Assembly: GCA_000830315.1 (NCBI GenBank)
Contig: CP010426.1
Span: forward strand, 442,743 to 506,742
Source of the DNA: an archaeon GW2011_AR20
Lineage (GTDB): Archaea > Nanobdellota > Nanobdellia > SCGC-AAA011-G17 > GW2011-AR20
Reading direction: 5' to 3'
DNA length: 64,000 nt
The first letter of the stretch is position 1. Each line of letters starts with the position of its first letter. The notes under the pieces are model-generated. The model had not been told where the DNA came from and did no database searches. It was given only the letters and a program-made list of their open reading frames with translations. The translations under genes and the position numbers were made by a program. Positions 9,830-20,417 of the stretch are shown one piece after another.

Positions 9830-10716
9830 CTTTTAAACAAACTAACTAGCATTCCTAAACCATATGAAAAGTGAATCAGGAAAAATATAATTGGTAAAAA
9901 TGGAAAATAAAATATATTCTTCCTTAATGCTAAATAAAATCCTATGATTATATCAATTATTAAATGTAATTTTACTGGAAAAAAGAAATCTTTGGAGAAT
10001 AATAATAGAATTGGTAAAAAAATTATATATAAAGAAAAGACAGCCGGAATGATAAACACAAAACTGGCAAAATTTTTACCAATGGCTTCTCTTTTTAATC
10101 TTACATTTCCATATTTATAATGCTGTTTTAAAAAACTAAATAAATCATTTCTTCTTCTATGATAAATTACCAAATTAGGAGAATAGGCGATTTTTAATCC
10201 TTCTTTTTTGGCTCTTGAAAAAAACTCAGGATCTTCACCAGGCCATAGTCTTGTATCAAAACCCTTTATTTTATTAAAAACGTCTTTCTTAACAAATGCA
10301 TTTGCAGAAGTTAAACTTAATTCATCTGCATTTAAATTTAAATTTCCTTTTTTATACCGGTTGGCCATTTTATAACTGCCCCAGAAACTTTCTATGGCTG
10401 TCCCAAATAGTTTAGCAAAGAAATTATCATCTTTTGGAGTTAACTGAGGACCGCCAACAATATCTACCTTATATTTGCTAAAAAATCCTTCTGCGTTTTT
10501 TAAAATATTTTTATCAACAATAGCATCATCATCTAGAAAATAAATAATTTCACCTTTAGCTTTTTTAACGCCTTTATTCCTGTTTTCACTTGGGTTATAG
10601 CCCTTCTCAATTATTATTTCATATTTTCCTTTATCATAATTAATATTTTTTAAAGATCTAAGCACCTCGGCACTTCTATAAGGTGCCAATGCTATTACTA
10701 TTGAAAATTTCTTCAT
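9826..10716 (-). CDS. Glycosyltransferase family 2
   Basis: RNKGVKKAKGEIIYFLDDD; GFDTRLWPGED; C-terminal TM helices. Confidence 0.9.
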   Translation of the reverse strand: MKKFSIVIALAPYRSAEVLRSLKNINYDKGKYEIIIEKGYNPSENRNKGVKKAKGEIIYFLDDDAIVDKNILKNAEGFFSKYKVDIVGGPQLTPKDDNFFAKLFGTAIESFWGSYKMANRYKKGNLNLNADELSLTSANAFVKKDVFNKIKGFDTRLWPGEDPEFFSRAKKEGLKIAYSPNLVIYHRRRNDLFSFLKQHYKYGNVRLKREAIGKNFASFVFIIPAVFSLYIIFLPILLLFSKDFFFPVKLHLIIDIIIGFYLALRKNIFYFPFLPIIFFLIHFSYGLGMLVSLFKR

Positions 10717-11240
10717 TTCCTAACCTCTAATTCAGCTATTACTTCTGCACAAGGCAATATCCAACAAAAAAACCTTTCATATAATAAAGGGCTTAGGTTA
10801 ATAATCGGATTAAAAATATAGTTTAAAAAAGTAAAGTTTTGCCTAGTAAAATTTAATCTTCTTATAATAATCTTGAATTTTGATTTAGTATAAAAACATT
10901 CATCTGTAAAATAATCAAATGTAAAATAACTAAATAATCTTTTATGCGTTGGATCACGATAACTTACGCCACAGGAAAAATGAGGCACTCTAATCAGTAT
11001 CCTCCCCCCGGGTTTTGTGATTCTAATCAGTTCTTGAAAAACATCGTCTAAATTATCTAAATGTTCTAATGCATGACTTGTATAAATTAAATCAAATTCA
11101 TTTTTTTTAAAGGGATATGGAAATTTGTTTAAATCATGCGCAATATCAACATTTTTTAATTTAACATTATCTACTCCAACAACCACATTATCTTTAGATT
11201 TATATTTCTTATTCCCGCAACCTAAGTCTAATATTTTCAT
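10713..11240 (-). CDS. Class I SAM-dependent methyltransferase
   Basis: ILDLGCG motif I; SHALEHL; DPTH. Confidence 0.85.
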   Translation of the reverse strand: MKILDLGCGNKKYKSKDNVVVGVDNVKLKNVDIAHDLNKFPYPFKKNEFDLIYTSHALEHLDNLDDVFQELIRITKPGGRILIRVPHFSCGVSYRDPTHKRLFSYFTFDYFTDECFYTKSKFKIIIRRLNFTRQNFTFLNYIFNPIINLSPLLYERFFCWILPCAEVIAELEVRK

Positions 11241-11911
11241 TTTCTTGCATAAACAATATAATTTAATGTAAATATCTCATTATAAATTACCTTATCTAAG
11301 CTTTTTCCAATCATGTTTAATATTACCACTAAAGGCAAAGATAATACTTTTGGTAATTTCTCACTGATCCCCCATATGATTAACTGCATTATTGAAAGTA
11401 AAGCCCCCCCATTTGCTTCAACTTTGACATATTTAAATTTTTTAAATAAAATATCTTTTAATGCATACTTAGTAAATCTAAAATAATCGTATGGCTCGCC
11501 ATGTAAAGCAGTGGCCATGTGCGTTGTTAATAGACAAGTTCCATTTTTTTTTAATACCCTGTAAATTTCATCAATAACCCTTTGAGGGTCCTGAACATGC
11601 TCTAAGAGTTGAAAACATACTACAGAATCAACAGAGTTATTTTTTAATGGTATTTTAGAAGCATCTGCAATTATATCTGGTTTAGTATTGTGATCAAATT
11701 TATCTAATCTAATGTATTTTGTCACATCTTTAAAAAAATTTTTAAAGGGAGACTTTCCTGCACCAACATCTAGGGTAATTCCATAGACTTTATCAGAATA
11801 TTTTTTAATATGATCTCTTATCTCAGAAAAATGTAAGTAAATATCATCTGTAATTCTTGGCTTGGTATAAATTCTTAAGGGCCTTTCTATTCTTCCAGTC
11901 CATTTTTCCAT
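11237..11911 (-). CDS. Class I SAM-dependent methyltransferase
   Basis: LDVGAG; QLLEHV; HGEPYDYFRFT. Confidence 0.85.
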   Translation of the reverse strand: MEKWTGRIERPLRIYTKPRITDDIYLHFSEIRDHIKKYSDKVYGITLDVGAGKSPFKNFFKDVTKYIRLDKFDHNTKPDIIADASKIPLKNNSVDSVVCFQLLEHVQDPQRVIDEIYRVLKKNGTCLLTTHMATALHGEPYDYFRFTKYALKDILFKKFKYVKVEANGGALLSIMQLIIWGISEKLPKVLSLPLVVILNMIGKSLDKVIYNEIFTLNYIVYARK

Positions 11912-11955
11912 AAATTGATTAGAACCAATAATATTTAAATAAGCTTTGATTTAAT

Positions 11956-12492
11956 TCATTTATCATATTGTTCTTGTAGTTTTCTGAAAACTTCTGTTGT
12001 ATAAGTATCATGTGTTCTTGGATCTTCTGGATTAAATAAAGTATTTGCTAAGACGAATAGACCTCCGTCTTCTGTTGTTTTATACGTATGTAAAATAAAA
12101 GGGGGCATGTAAACTCCGGTTTTATTATTTAATATAAACTTTCTTTTATTTTTATAAACATCTTCACATTCCCATTCTATTAAACCATCTAATCCTAAAA
12201 CCATCTCTTTTCTAATTCTATGAAACTCAGTTCCTCCAATCTTGCCTTTTTTCAAATTTCTTATAGTATAACCCCTTAATCCTCTTATATCAAAATCTTC
12301 TGGAATATATTTTAATTCACTTTCATCATAATCTAGTTGATCTCTAACTTGATCCACGCCAAATTTAAATAGAACTATTAATTGAGCATCCGACTTTGTT
12401 GTCCAAGGTCCAGCAAATTTAATTTCCTTAATAGAATCAACGGTCTTAGGTTCTACTTTTGGTTTCTCCAATGCAAATAAATTTTCTATCAT
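11956..12492 (-). CDS. WxcM/FdtA-like cupin (NDP-keto-sugar isomerase/epimerase-like)
   Basis: GGTEFHRIRKEM and GVYMPPFILHTY cupin motifs; sugar-cluster context. Confidence 0.65.
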   Translation of the reverse strand: MIENLFALEKPKVEPKTVDSIKEIKFAGPWTTKSDAQLIVLFKFGVDQVRDQLDYDESELKYIPEDFDIRGLRGYTIRNLKKGKIGGTEFHRIRKEMVLGLDGLIEWECEDVYKNKRKFILNNKTGVYMPPFILHTYKTTEDGGLFVLANTLFNPEDPRTHDTYTTEVFRKLQEQYDK

Positions 12493-12544
12493 TTTATAAC
12501 CCCCAGATCTTTTGATAGAATAAAAAACCTTAAAAAACTAACCC

Positions 12545-13252
12545 TTAATCTGTAAATCTATATTTTATTAAATAATATAACGCTTTAACTCCATCTCTCC
12601 AGGTAATTTTTTTCCCCTCTTGAAATGATCTTGAGTTATAGTTTATGGGTATCTCGATAATTTTATAACCTTTTTTAATTATCTTAGCTGTAATTTCTGG
12701 CTCAAAATCAAATCTTCTAGCCCTTAATCTTAAGGAATTAACAACATCTTTAGTCATTAATTTATAGCACGTTTCCATGTCTGTGATTTTTCTGAAATAA
12801 AGCAAAGTTGTGAATAAAGATAAAATTTTGTTTCCTAAATAATGTGTTGGAATATTAAAACCTTTTATTTTTCCAAGCAATCTGGAACCATAGACAACCT
12901 CGGATTTTTTTTCTAAGATTGGCTTAATTAATCTTTTATATTCATTAGGATCATATTCTAAATCCCCGTCTTGGATTATAATTAAATTACCTGTAAAATG
13001 TTTTAACCCAGTTCTTATTGCAGCGCCCTTCCCCAGATTTTTTTCATGATTAAAAAACCTAATATTTTTATATTTTCTGGTTAACTTTCTAATTATTTCT
13101 TTAGAATTATCTTTACTGCAGTCATTTACAACAATTAATTCCTTTCTTATGTTATTTAAATTAACTTTTTGGACTCTTTCTATTATTTGCTTTATAGTTT
13201 TGCTTTCATTGTATACTGGAATTATTATACTAAGTTTCATTTTTATTTTCAT
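12545..13252 (-). CDS. GT2, polyprenol-phosphate glycosyltransferase (DPM-synthase-like)
   Basis: IIIPVYNE, NDCSKD, GKGAAIRTG, QDGDLEYDP, DMETCYK, FDFEPE. Confidence 0.9.
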   Translation of the reverse strand: MKIKMKLSIIIPVYNESKTIKQIIERVQKVNLNNIRKELIVVNDCSKDNSKEIIRKLTRKYKNIRFFNHEKNLGKGAAIRTGLKHFTGNLIIIQDGDLEYDPNEYKRLIKPILEKKSEVVYGSRLLGKIKGFNIPTHYLGNKILSLFTTLLYFRKITDMETCYKLMTKDVVNSLRLRARRFDFEPEITAKIIKKGYKIIEIPINYNSRSFQEGKKITWRDGVKALYYLIKYRFTD

Positions 13253-14990
13253 TTCTAATTAATATATAAAATGTTAATATTATTGAAAACAAAGCTATTA
13301 ATATTTCTAAATATAAGATGTAATGAGCAATTAAATCTAAAGATTTATCAAAGAAATTTTTAGTCTTGTAATCATCAAAGCTTTCTCCCATATATCTTAC
13401 AGGATAATAAAACCAAGAATGGGTGGAATCTGCTAATTGCAGTGAACTTTCTTTTAAATTTAGTTTTGTGTTGTAAACTTTAAAGTAATCCTCATCATAA
13501 GAATCTTTTATTGTTGTTAAAAACCTTGAATTATTTTTAAAGAAAGTTACAATATCCTCCATAGACTGATTGAAATCATGTTGATTATTTATGGTTCCCC
13601 AACCACAATCATCGGTCGCACATTCTATAAAATATGTATTTAATGATGCGAATTCCCCGTTTAATTTATCCTGATTTTTAATTAAATCACTTAAATAAGT
13701 TGATTCTAGATAACGTTTATCATTAAAAACTAAAACAATTCTTCCACGGTAGACCCTGCCATCAACAATAACTAAGGCATTATCATCTATATTATCTTTT
13801 TTAAATTCGATTATATTTGTTATCTCATTTTTACCTTTAAGCAGATTGTCTTTTTGAATAAAAAAAATACTTGAGATAATAATTAATATGATTATTAAAT
13901 AACTAATTTTTTTAAATTTATTTTCTATCTTTAATGCTACAAAATCTAGCAAATTCGCAGAAAATAAAGAAAGTAAAGGAACTGCAAAAACAAAATGTAC
14001 CGATAATAAAGAAGTTCCTGAAAGAAAAATAAACGGGATTAATAACGAGCTTAATAATAATAAACTAAAATCTCTGTTCTTCTTTAAACTTATCATTAAT
14101 CCAAGCAAACCCAACACTAAGATTAATGGACTGTTTCTATAAATTATACTCCAACCTTCAATTAGCCCAGGCGGATTATTTTCATAACTAAAAAATAGAT
14201 CGCTAAATCTAAATGGTTTTAATGTTGCTTCTATGCTTGAATAAGTTTCTTTGCCAACACCAAGAAACCTTGAAAATTGTAAATCAACTAAGCCTTTATC
14301 TTTATATAGTAAATAATTAAAGGTTAAAATAGGAACTAATGTAATAAATATTATTATTATAAAATAAACTAATTTTCTTAATTTTAAATTTTTATAATTA
14401 TAATATAAAATAAATAAAATGAAAATGGGAACAAATAATAAAGCAATCTGCTTCGTCATTATAGCTATCCCCAAAAATAAAGAGCTTAATACATAAAAAA
14501 TATTTTTTTGTTCTTTCAATGATTTAATTAGGAAATACATGCTTAATAAAACGAAAAACATCATAGATGTATCCATTTCAGCTAAACTCATCGTAATATG
14601 ATAAGAAGATAAAGTTAAAATTAAAGAAGCAAACAAAGCCACTCTTTTATTGAATAATTCCTTTCCAATTAAATAAACAATTATAATTGATAATGATCCA
14701 AATAAAATTGATATAAATCTTAGTCCAAATAGATTTTCTCCAAAGACTCTATAAAATAAATCGGTTAAATAAAACCAAACCGCATCTTGATCCATTATTT
14801 GTAATTTATTACTGTCTATAATTCCTAAAGAATGGGTTCCATGAACCATTTCATCCGCATTTGGAGCAATGTTTACAGCGGCAATGCTTCTTAAAATAAA
14901 CCCTAGAATAAATAAAATTATTAGATATTTTATATTATTTTTACTAAATATAAAATCTACAAATTTGTTAATAGATTGATTTTCTTCCAT
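13230..14990 (-). CDS. GT-C fold membrane glycosyltransferase (ArnT/PMT-like)
   Basis: NADEMVH acidic motif, many TMs, large C-terminal soluble domain. Confidence 0.75.
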   Translation of the reverse strand: MEENQSINKFVDFIFSKNNIKYLIILFILGFILRSIAAVNIAPNADEMVHGTHSLGIIDSNKLQIMDQDAVWFYLTDLFYRVFGENLFGLRFISILFGSLSIIIVYLIGKELFNKRVALFASLILTLSSYHITMSLAEMDTSMMFFVLLSMYFLIKSLKEQKNIFYVLSSLFLGIAIMTKQIALLFVPIFILFILYYNYKNLKLRKLVYFIIIIFITLVPILTFNYLLYKDKGLVDLQFSRFLGVGKETYSSIEATLKPFRFSDLFFSYENNPPGLIEGWSIIYRNSPLILVLGLLGLMISLKKNRDFSLLLLSSLLIPFIFLSGTSLLSVHFVFAVPLLSLFSANLLDFVALKIENKFKKISYLIIILIIISSIFFIQKDNLLKGKNEITNIIEFKKDNIDDNALVIVDGRVYRGRIVLVFNDKRYLESTYLSDLIKNQDKLNGEFASLNTYFIECATDDCGWGTINNQHDFNQSMEDIVTFFKNNSRFLTTIKDSYDEDYFKVYNTKLNLKESSLQLADSTHSWFYYPVRYMGESFDDYKTKNFFDKSLDLIAHYILYLEILIALFSIILTFYILIRNENKNET

Positions 14991-15763
14991 TATCTTAACC
15001 TATGATGAATCTTTAATGATTCTGGCAATTCGTCATAAATTTTAATTATAAACCTAAATTTAGAGTATATTAATCTTAGTCTTACTATCCCCAGAAACAT
15101 TTCAGGAATTGCTTTAACTAAATTAAAGTGAGATGCCTTAACCGCATTCCACTCTGTTGACGTTTCTATAATATTATAACCCTTTCTTTTTGCAGAATAA
15201 AGTAAATTTATATCAAATGCCCACCTTGTTAATTTAAGATATTTTAGAATATCTTTAATTAAATATTTTTTGAATAATTTAGCCCCACATTGAGTGTCTT
15301 TAAACTTCAAATTAAATAATAATCTTACTAAAATATTAAAACCTCGACTTCCAATTCTTTTTAATAAAGGTTGTTTAATATTGATCTTACTTCCTCTCAT
15401 CCATCTTGAAGCAATAATTCCGTCATAATTATTTATATTCTTAATCAAATTATAAAATGCTTTTGGAGGGGTAGCCATATCTGCATCAACAAAACCAATT
15501 AGGTTTCCCCTGGCTTTTTTAAATCCTTCAACAATTGCCCCGCCTTTACCAATTGCCTGTTTGAAGTTTAAGTATTTAATCATCTTATTTTTCTTGCTAA
15601 ATTTCTTTAGTATGCCTAATGTATTATCTTTGCACCCATTTAATACGACAATAATCTCAAAATCCCTGATCTTTTTCAAGAAAAATTTTGCATAATTATC
15701 TAAAGTTCTAGTTATTCTTTTCTCTTCATTATAAGCTGGAATTATTATACTTAGTCTTACCAT
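14990..15763 (-). CDS. Dolichyl-phosphate glycosyltransferase (Alg5/AglJ-like GT2)
   Basis: IIPAYNEEKRI, GKGGAI, FVDADMAT, DTQCGAKLF, WAFD. Confidence 0.85.
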   Translation of the reverse strand: MVRLSIIIPAYNEEKRITRTLDNYAKFFLKKIRDFEIIVVLNGCKDNTLGILKKFSKKNKMIKYLNFKQAIGKGGAIVEGFKKARGNLIGFVDADMATPPKAFYNLIKNINNYDGIIASRWMRGSKINIKQPLLKRIGSRGFNILVRLLFNLKFKDTQCGAKLFKKYLIKDILKYLKLTRWAFDINLLYSAKRKGYNIIETSTEWNAVKASHFNLVKAIPEMFLGIVRLRLIYSKFRFIIKIYDELPESLKIHHRLR

Positions 15764-17000
15764 CTTTTATTAATACCGTTTTTAAAAACATTATTAATGC
15801 TAATACCAACATCAGTATGGTTAAAATACTTACTACTTGTATTAAAGTTTCATGAAAAATATAAATTAAAATTATTTCCAATATATTAAATAGGCCCAAT
15901 ATATAAAGGAAATTTTTTTTGTTTATGGATAGGTTATAGAATGAGATTAGATAAATTAATGAGAATAGTGTCATAATTACTGCAAACCAGCCAAGCAAAT
16001 TAGAAGCTTCTAGATATAATTCGCCATATAAGAGTTTTATGATAGATCTGGAAAATAAAAAATAAATTGCAATTATGGGCAAACTAAATGCCAGTACCAT
16101 TAATCCGGATTTGTACAGGATATTTTTACTTTTTTTCTTTCTGTGATATAATTCGTTAACTTTTGGGAACATAACTTGGGTAATGGGCATGGAACCAAAA
16201 AAAACAACCTTCCCTAATAGTGATACTGCAGCATAATACCCGGCTCTTTCATCAACAAAAAAATGCTTTACCAGCAATAAGTCTAGGCTGTAGAATGCAG
16301 TTAGCATCATTAATGCGATTAGAACAGGAATTGTATATCTGTAAATTACATTACTATTAAACTTTTTTATCTTATGTTTTATTATATCCCTTAGTTGATA
16401 GACGCTGATTAAAAAGGCCGATATTAATGCAAAAACTATTGCCCCTACGGCACCATTTAGTTTAAAGCCAAAAAAAATTAAGGTTATTCCAAAGACCAAT
16501 TTTATTAAACCTTCAAAAACTAAATTTTTACTAAACTTATTAAATTTCTGTAATCCTTGCAATAACCCGCGATTAATATAAAGCAAAAATGAAAACGTAA
16601 TATACAGACTTAATATTAATAATGGAGTTAAGGAGATATGCAAATAATTGGCGATTAAACCGCTTAATGATAAAAAGATAAATGTTGAAATTATTCCAAA
16701 GATTAATAATTTTCTTGTCGAAGCTTTATGTAAATAATGAATTTCCTTGTATTTTCTTTCTGATTTAAAGATTGCTGTAAATTTAGCAATACTCGTTTGT
16801 ATCGTTGTTAAGGGTATTGTAAATAAATAAATTAATGCCAGTATGGCACCTAAAGCACCATAATCTTCTGGACCAAGTTTTCTTCCCATATAAAAATGGA
16901 ATAAAAACGTAAAAAAAGCCCCCAAAGAATTCCCCATAAATAAAACTAAGTTATCTTTTATTAAATTACTTTTTGTTATATGATAAAATAATTTAGACAT
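15729..17000 (-). CDS. Oligosaccharide flippase (Wzx/MOP family)
   Basis: About 12 TMs; LGPEDYG; DLLLVKHF...AGYYAA. Confidence 0.85.
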   Translation of the reverse strand: MSKLFYHITKSNLIKDNLVLFMGNSLGAFFTFLFHFYMGRKLGPEDYGALGAILALIYLFTIPLTTIQTSIAKFTAIFKSERKYKEIHYLHKASTRKLLIFGIISTFIFLSLSGLIANYLHISLTPLLILSLYITFSFLLYINRGLLQGLQKFNKFSKNLVFEGLIKLVFGITLIFFGFKLNGAVGAIVFALISAFLISVYQLRDIIKHKIKKFNSNVIYRYTIPVLIALMMLTAFYSLDLLLVKHFFVDERAGYYAAVSLLGKVVFFGSMPITQVMFPKVNELYHRKKKSKNILYKSGLMVLAFSLPIIAIYFLFSRSIIKLLYGELYLEASNLLGWFAVIMTLFSLIYLISFYNLSINKKNFLYILGLFNILEIILIYIFHETLIQVVSILTILMLVLALIMFLKTVLIKDGKTKYNNSSL

Positions 17001-18002
17001 TTAAATCACCCAGATTAATAAACAAAAGAAGAATTCAATTACAATCATAAACCCTGTTATTTGTTTTTCTGTATACCTTCCAGTTTTTGTAAATAAATGA
17101 GGAATGGAATAAATTTTGCTATTATAATATGAATGTATTTTCCCATTTTTATAATAACCATAGCTATTTGCCTTAAATTTGCTTCTTAATTTTAATAAAA
17201 ATTCAATAAAAAATGGAATACTAGCTATAATTGCCGCTTTTTCTATATTCCCGAGGATAGCTATAACTGCGATTACTCCGCCAAGCAAATAAGTCAATGA
17301 ATCTCCTGGAAGAATTTTAGCAGGATATTTATTATAAAGATAAAAAGCAATTAATGCAGCTAGAGTTATTAATGATACTATGACCGCTGCTTCTCTATTA
17401 TTAACAAATGCATATAATCCAAGCATCATTGTATAAACAATACCCATCCCGACTTCCATTCCGTTAAAACCGGCCAACATATTTACCATGTTCGCTGCCC
17501 CGACAACCCCGATTGGAATAAAAATTAACGGATAAATTAATCCAATATCCAGCCTCCCTATAAATGGAAATACCATTGTTGTTACACCAGCATTAACAAC
17601 CATTAGGGGAACAGCCGCGCTTAAAGTAAGAAGGGGTTTTTGCCATTGTTTTAGCCCAGAGGATTTGTCTTTAGATTTTCTTATTATGATATCATCCACA
17701 AAACCAACAAATGTAATCATTAATATAGAAATAAAACCAGCAAGGAGATAAATTAAAGTATTTGTGTATTTATAGTAAAAAGTTTGAAAAAATATATAAA
17801 ACATCAAACCAACAAAAATGCCCGATATTACGGCTAAACCGCCGGAAATGGGAATTAGAGGCGTATTCTTCTTATTCATATCCTTAACGACCAGATTAAT
17901 CCTTCTCAAATAACGAATTAACCAGTTCGTTGCTATATATGTAACTATTAAGGCAATCATAGCTGCTAAGAATGGTAAATATGTCATAAAAGAAAAAAAC
18001 AT
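17001..18002 (-). CDS. UDP-GlcNAc:dolichyl-phosphate GlcNAc-1-P transferase (MraY/AglH-like); probable start at MTYLPF
   Basis: GFVDDI, NMVNMLAGFNG, YPAKILPGDS; multi-TM. Confidence 0.85.
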   Translation of the reverse strand: MFFSFMTYLPFLAAMIALIVTYIATNWLIRYLRRINLVVKDMNKKNTPLIPISGGLAVISGIFVGLMFYIFFQTFYYKYTNTLIYLLAGFISILMITFVGFVDDIIIRKSKDKSSGLKQWQKPLLTLSAAVPLMVVNAGVTTMVFPFIGRLDIGLIYPLIFIPIGVVGAANMVNMLAGFNGMEVGMGIVYTMMLGLYAFVNNREAAVIVSLITLAALIAFYLYNKYPAKILPGDSLTYLLGGVIAVIAILGNIEKAAIIASIPFFIEFLLKLRSKFKANSYGYYKNGKIHSYYNSKIYSIPHLFTKTGRYTEKQITGFMIVIEFFFCLLIWVI

Positions 18003-18034
18003 CTATGTTGTTATAAAAAGGTTTCGAAATGAGT

Positions 18035-18640
18035 TTATTTATTAAGTTTTAAAATAATCTCTTTATTTGGATGCAAATAATTATATTTAAATTTTTTAAG
18101 TTTAATTATTTTAAGATTTAATTGTTTTATTAACAATCTCCATTCACTTTCTTTTAAATAGTTATAAATTAAATTTATTCCCAACCCCTTATTACCAATA
18201 TAATCCGCTATTCTTAAAAGAAAATGATCAAATTTGGTATTATAGTAGTGGTCTTTTATTAATATTGTCTTTTTTGTAACTCTCTTTGCTTCGGACATGA
18301 GCTCCTTAATATTATCTGTATGATGTAATACATCAAGAAACATAACAACGTCGAAGGAATTTGACTTGAAAGGTATTTTCCTTCCATTATACTTTTTGAC
18401 TTTAATATAGGCCTTTTTTGGTATTAGAACGTCAATTCCTTTAATCTTAATTTTTCTATTTTTACTTGCAATATATTTCTCTATAAAACCAGTGCCACAC
18501 CCAACACTTAATATGCTTGATGAATCAATTAAATCATCATAAATTAATTTTAATAGCTTTTTATTTCTATATTTAATCAATACTTTAGAATGAATTAATC
18601 CTAAAAGCACATCTAACTTACTTATATTCTTTTTTTCCAT
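18035..18640 (-). CDS. Class I SAM-dependent methyltransferase
   Basis: LSVGCGTG; DVLHH. Confidence 0.85.
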   Translation of the reverse strand: MEKKNISKLDVLLGLIHSKVLIKYRNKKLLKLIYDDLIDSSSILSVGCGTGFIEKYIASKNRKIKIKGIDVLIPKKAYIKVKKYNGRKIPFKSNSFDVVMFLDVLHHTDNIKELMSEAKRVTKKTILIKDHYYNTKFDHFLLRIADYIGNKGLGINLIYNYLKESEWRLLIKQLNLKIIKLKKFKYNYLHPNKEIILKLNK

Positions 18641-18729
18641 ATTATAATTCAGATTACTTATTAATTTTGAAATAAATTATATTATATAAACTTATCTTTA
18701 TAGATAGATATTTATATAAAGATTCAAAT

Positions 18730-19497
18730 GTGATTAATTTTATGGTAAACGTTCAAAGAATAAAAAATTATTATGATCAGTTTTGGTCTTATAATAAAAT
18801 AAAAGAACAAGAAGAATCAGATCTTAGAGAATATGAAGAAGAGGTAATGAATTATGTTTTAAAATATTTAAAAAAATATTTTTATGATTTAAAAAATAAA
18901 AAATTATTGGAGATTGGACCTGGAAAAGGTCATGATGTTGTCCAATTTGCAAAAAGCGGTGCTATGGTAACAGCAATAGATATATCTAAAAATAGTTTAG
19001 AGTTATCTAAGAAATGCGCTAGAAAACATAATTTATTAAAAAATATAAAATTAATTCAAATGGATGCACATGATATGAAATTTAGAAATGAGCAATTTGA
19101 TATAATATTTATAAAAACAACTTTAATGCATTTAAATTATCCTAAAGTAATCAAGGAATGTAAACGGGTTCTTAAAAAGAAAGGTCTTTTAATTTCTATA
19201 GAACCAATTGACGAGAACATATTAATAAAACTTTATCGGTTTTTTTTCTCCCAGTTCAAAGAAACCAAACCCAGATATTTAAGATATAAAGATTTGATTA
19301 TTATTTCTAAAAATTTTAGAAAATCCGATATAAAGGTATTCTATTTATTTTCATTTATTTCTTTGGTATTTAAAAATAATAAGAGAATATATGGTATAAC
19401 TTTAAAAATATTAAAAAAAATAGAGGATCTTATTTTGAAAATTTTTCCAACGATGGAAAAAAATGCTTGGTTAAGCGTTTCTATTCATATAAAATAA
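18730..19497 (+). CDS. Class I SAM-dependent methyltransferase
   Basis: LEIGPGKG; AIDIS; MDAHDM; LMHL. Confidence 0.85.
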   Translation: MINFMVNVQRIKNYYDQFWSYNKIKEQEESDLREYEEEVMNYVLKYLKKYFYDLKNKKLLEIGPGKGHDVVQFAKSGAMVTAIDISKNSLELSKKCARKHNLLKNIKLIQMDAHDMKFRNEQFDIIFIKTTLMHLNYPKVIKECKRVLKKKGLLISIEPIDENILIKLYRFFFSQFKETKPRYLRYKDLIIISKNFRKSDIKVFYLFSFISLVFKNNKRIYGITLKILKKIEDLILKIFPTMEKNAWLSVSIHIK

Positions 19498-19525
19498 TTA
19501 TGATTAACTTATTCTTTTGATTTCT

Positions 19526-20290
19526 TCATTCTTCGTACTTACCAATTCGTATAATCCCGTTTCTATGAAGAAAAAATAAAAACGCGAGTCTGGTGCAATG
19601 TAAAAAGAAGGAAAAAGTCCTTTTCATCGAGGGACTTCTTGATCCTTCTCCATAATATGTTCTAATTGGAAATTCTTTTACGATAAAACCTCTTGATATA
19701 AATAATAATAGTATATCTGTTGCTAATCCATAGCCATTGGAAGGGCAAAGATTAAAAGGTAATTTTTTCAGGGCATCGCAGTCATATGCAGTAAACCCAG
19801 AATGCCATTCGGAAAAATTAGAGCCAACTAAAATATTTTCAGTTTTTGTTAAAAAAATATTTCCAAGATATCTCCAGAACGGCATCCCACCCTTAAGTGG
19901 GTCTCCTAAAAATCTTGAACCAAATGTAGTATTGGCTTTACCTTCTTCTATAGGTTTTATTAAGTCTCCTATTCTTTCGGGTGGATACTGTCCATCAGAA
20001 TGTAATACTGCCAAAATATCCGTCTTCTTTTTTATAGCATAATCAAATCCAACCTTCATATTCCCCCCAAAATCAAGATTTTTTTTATTTTTATATATTT
20101 TTAATTTATTCATTTTTTTCTTTTTCTTGTAATCTAAAAGAACCTTGTAACTATCATCGGGGCTGTCATCATCAAAAACAACAATTTCTTTAACCTTTTT
20201 TTTAATACTTTCTGGAATCCTTTCAATAACCGAACAAATTGTTTTTTGTGCCTTATAAGAGGGTATAAAAATCATTATTTTTTTAGTCAT
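19526..20290 (-). CDS. Glycosyltransferase family 2
   Basis: DDDSPD, LHSDGQY, FGSRFL, EWHSGF. Confidence 0.9.
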   Translation of the reverse strand: MTKKIMIFIPSYKAQKTICSVIERIPESIKKKVKEIVVFDDDSPDDSYKVLLDYKKKKKMNKLKIYKNKKNLDFGGNMKVGFDYAIKKKTDILAVLHSDGQYPPERIGDLIKPIEEGKANTTFGSRFLGDPLKGGMPFWRYLGNIFLTKTENILVGSNFSEWHSGFTAYDCDALKKLPFNLCPSNGYGLATDILLLFISRGFIVKEFPIRTYYGEGSRSPSMKRTFSFFLHCTRLAFLFFLHRNGIIRIGKYEE

Positions 20291-20417
20291 ATTTAATTTC
20301 CTTACAAATCAAATTCTTTTATAATCTATTTAAAAAAAGAACACTTTATAAATTTTATCAAATGAAGCATTCTAAATTATAGTTAGATGATATAATAAAT
20401 TAAGAGTTGAATAAGCA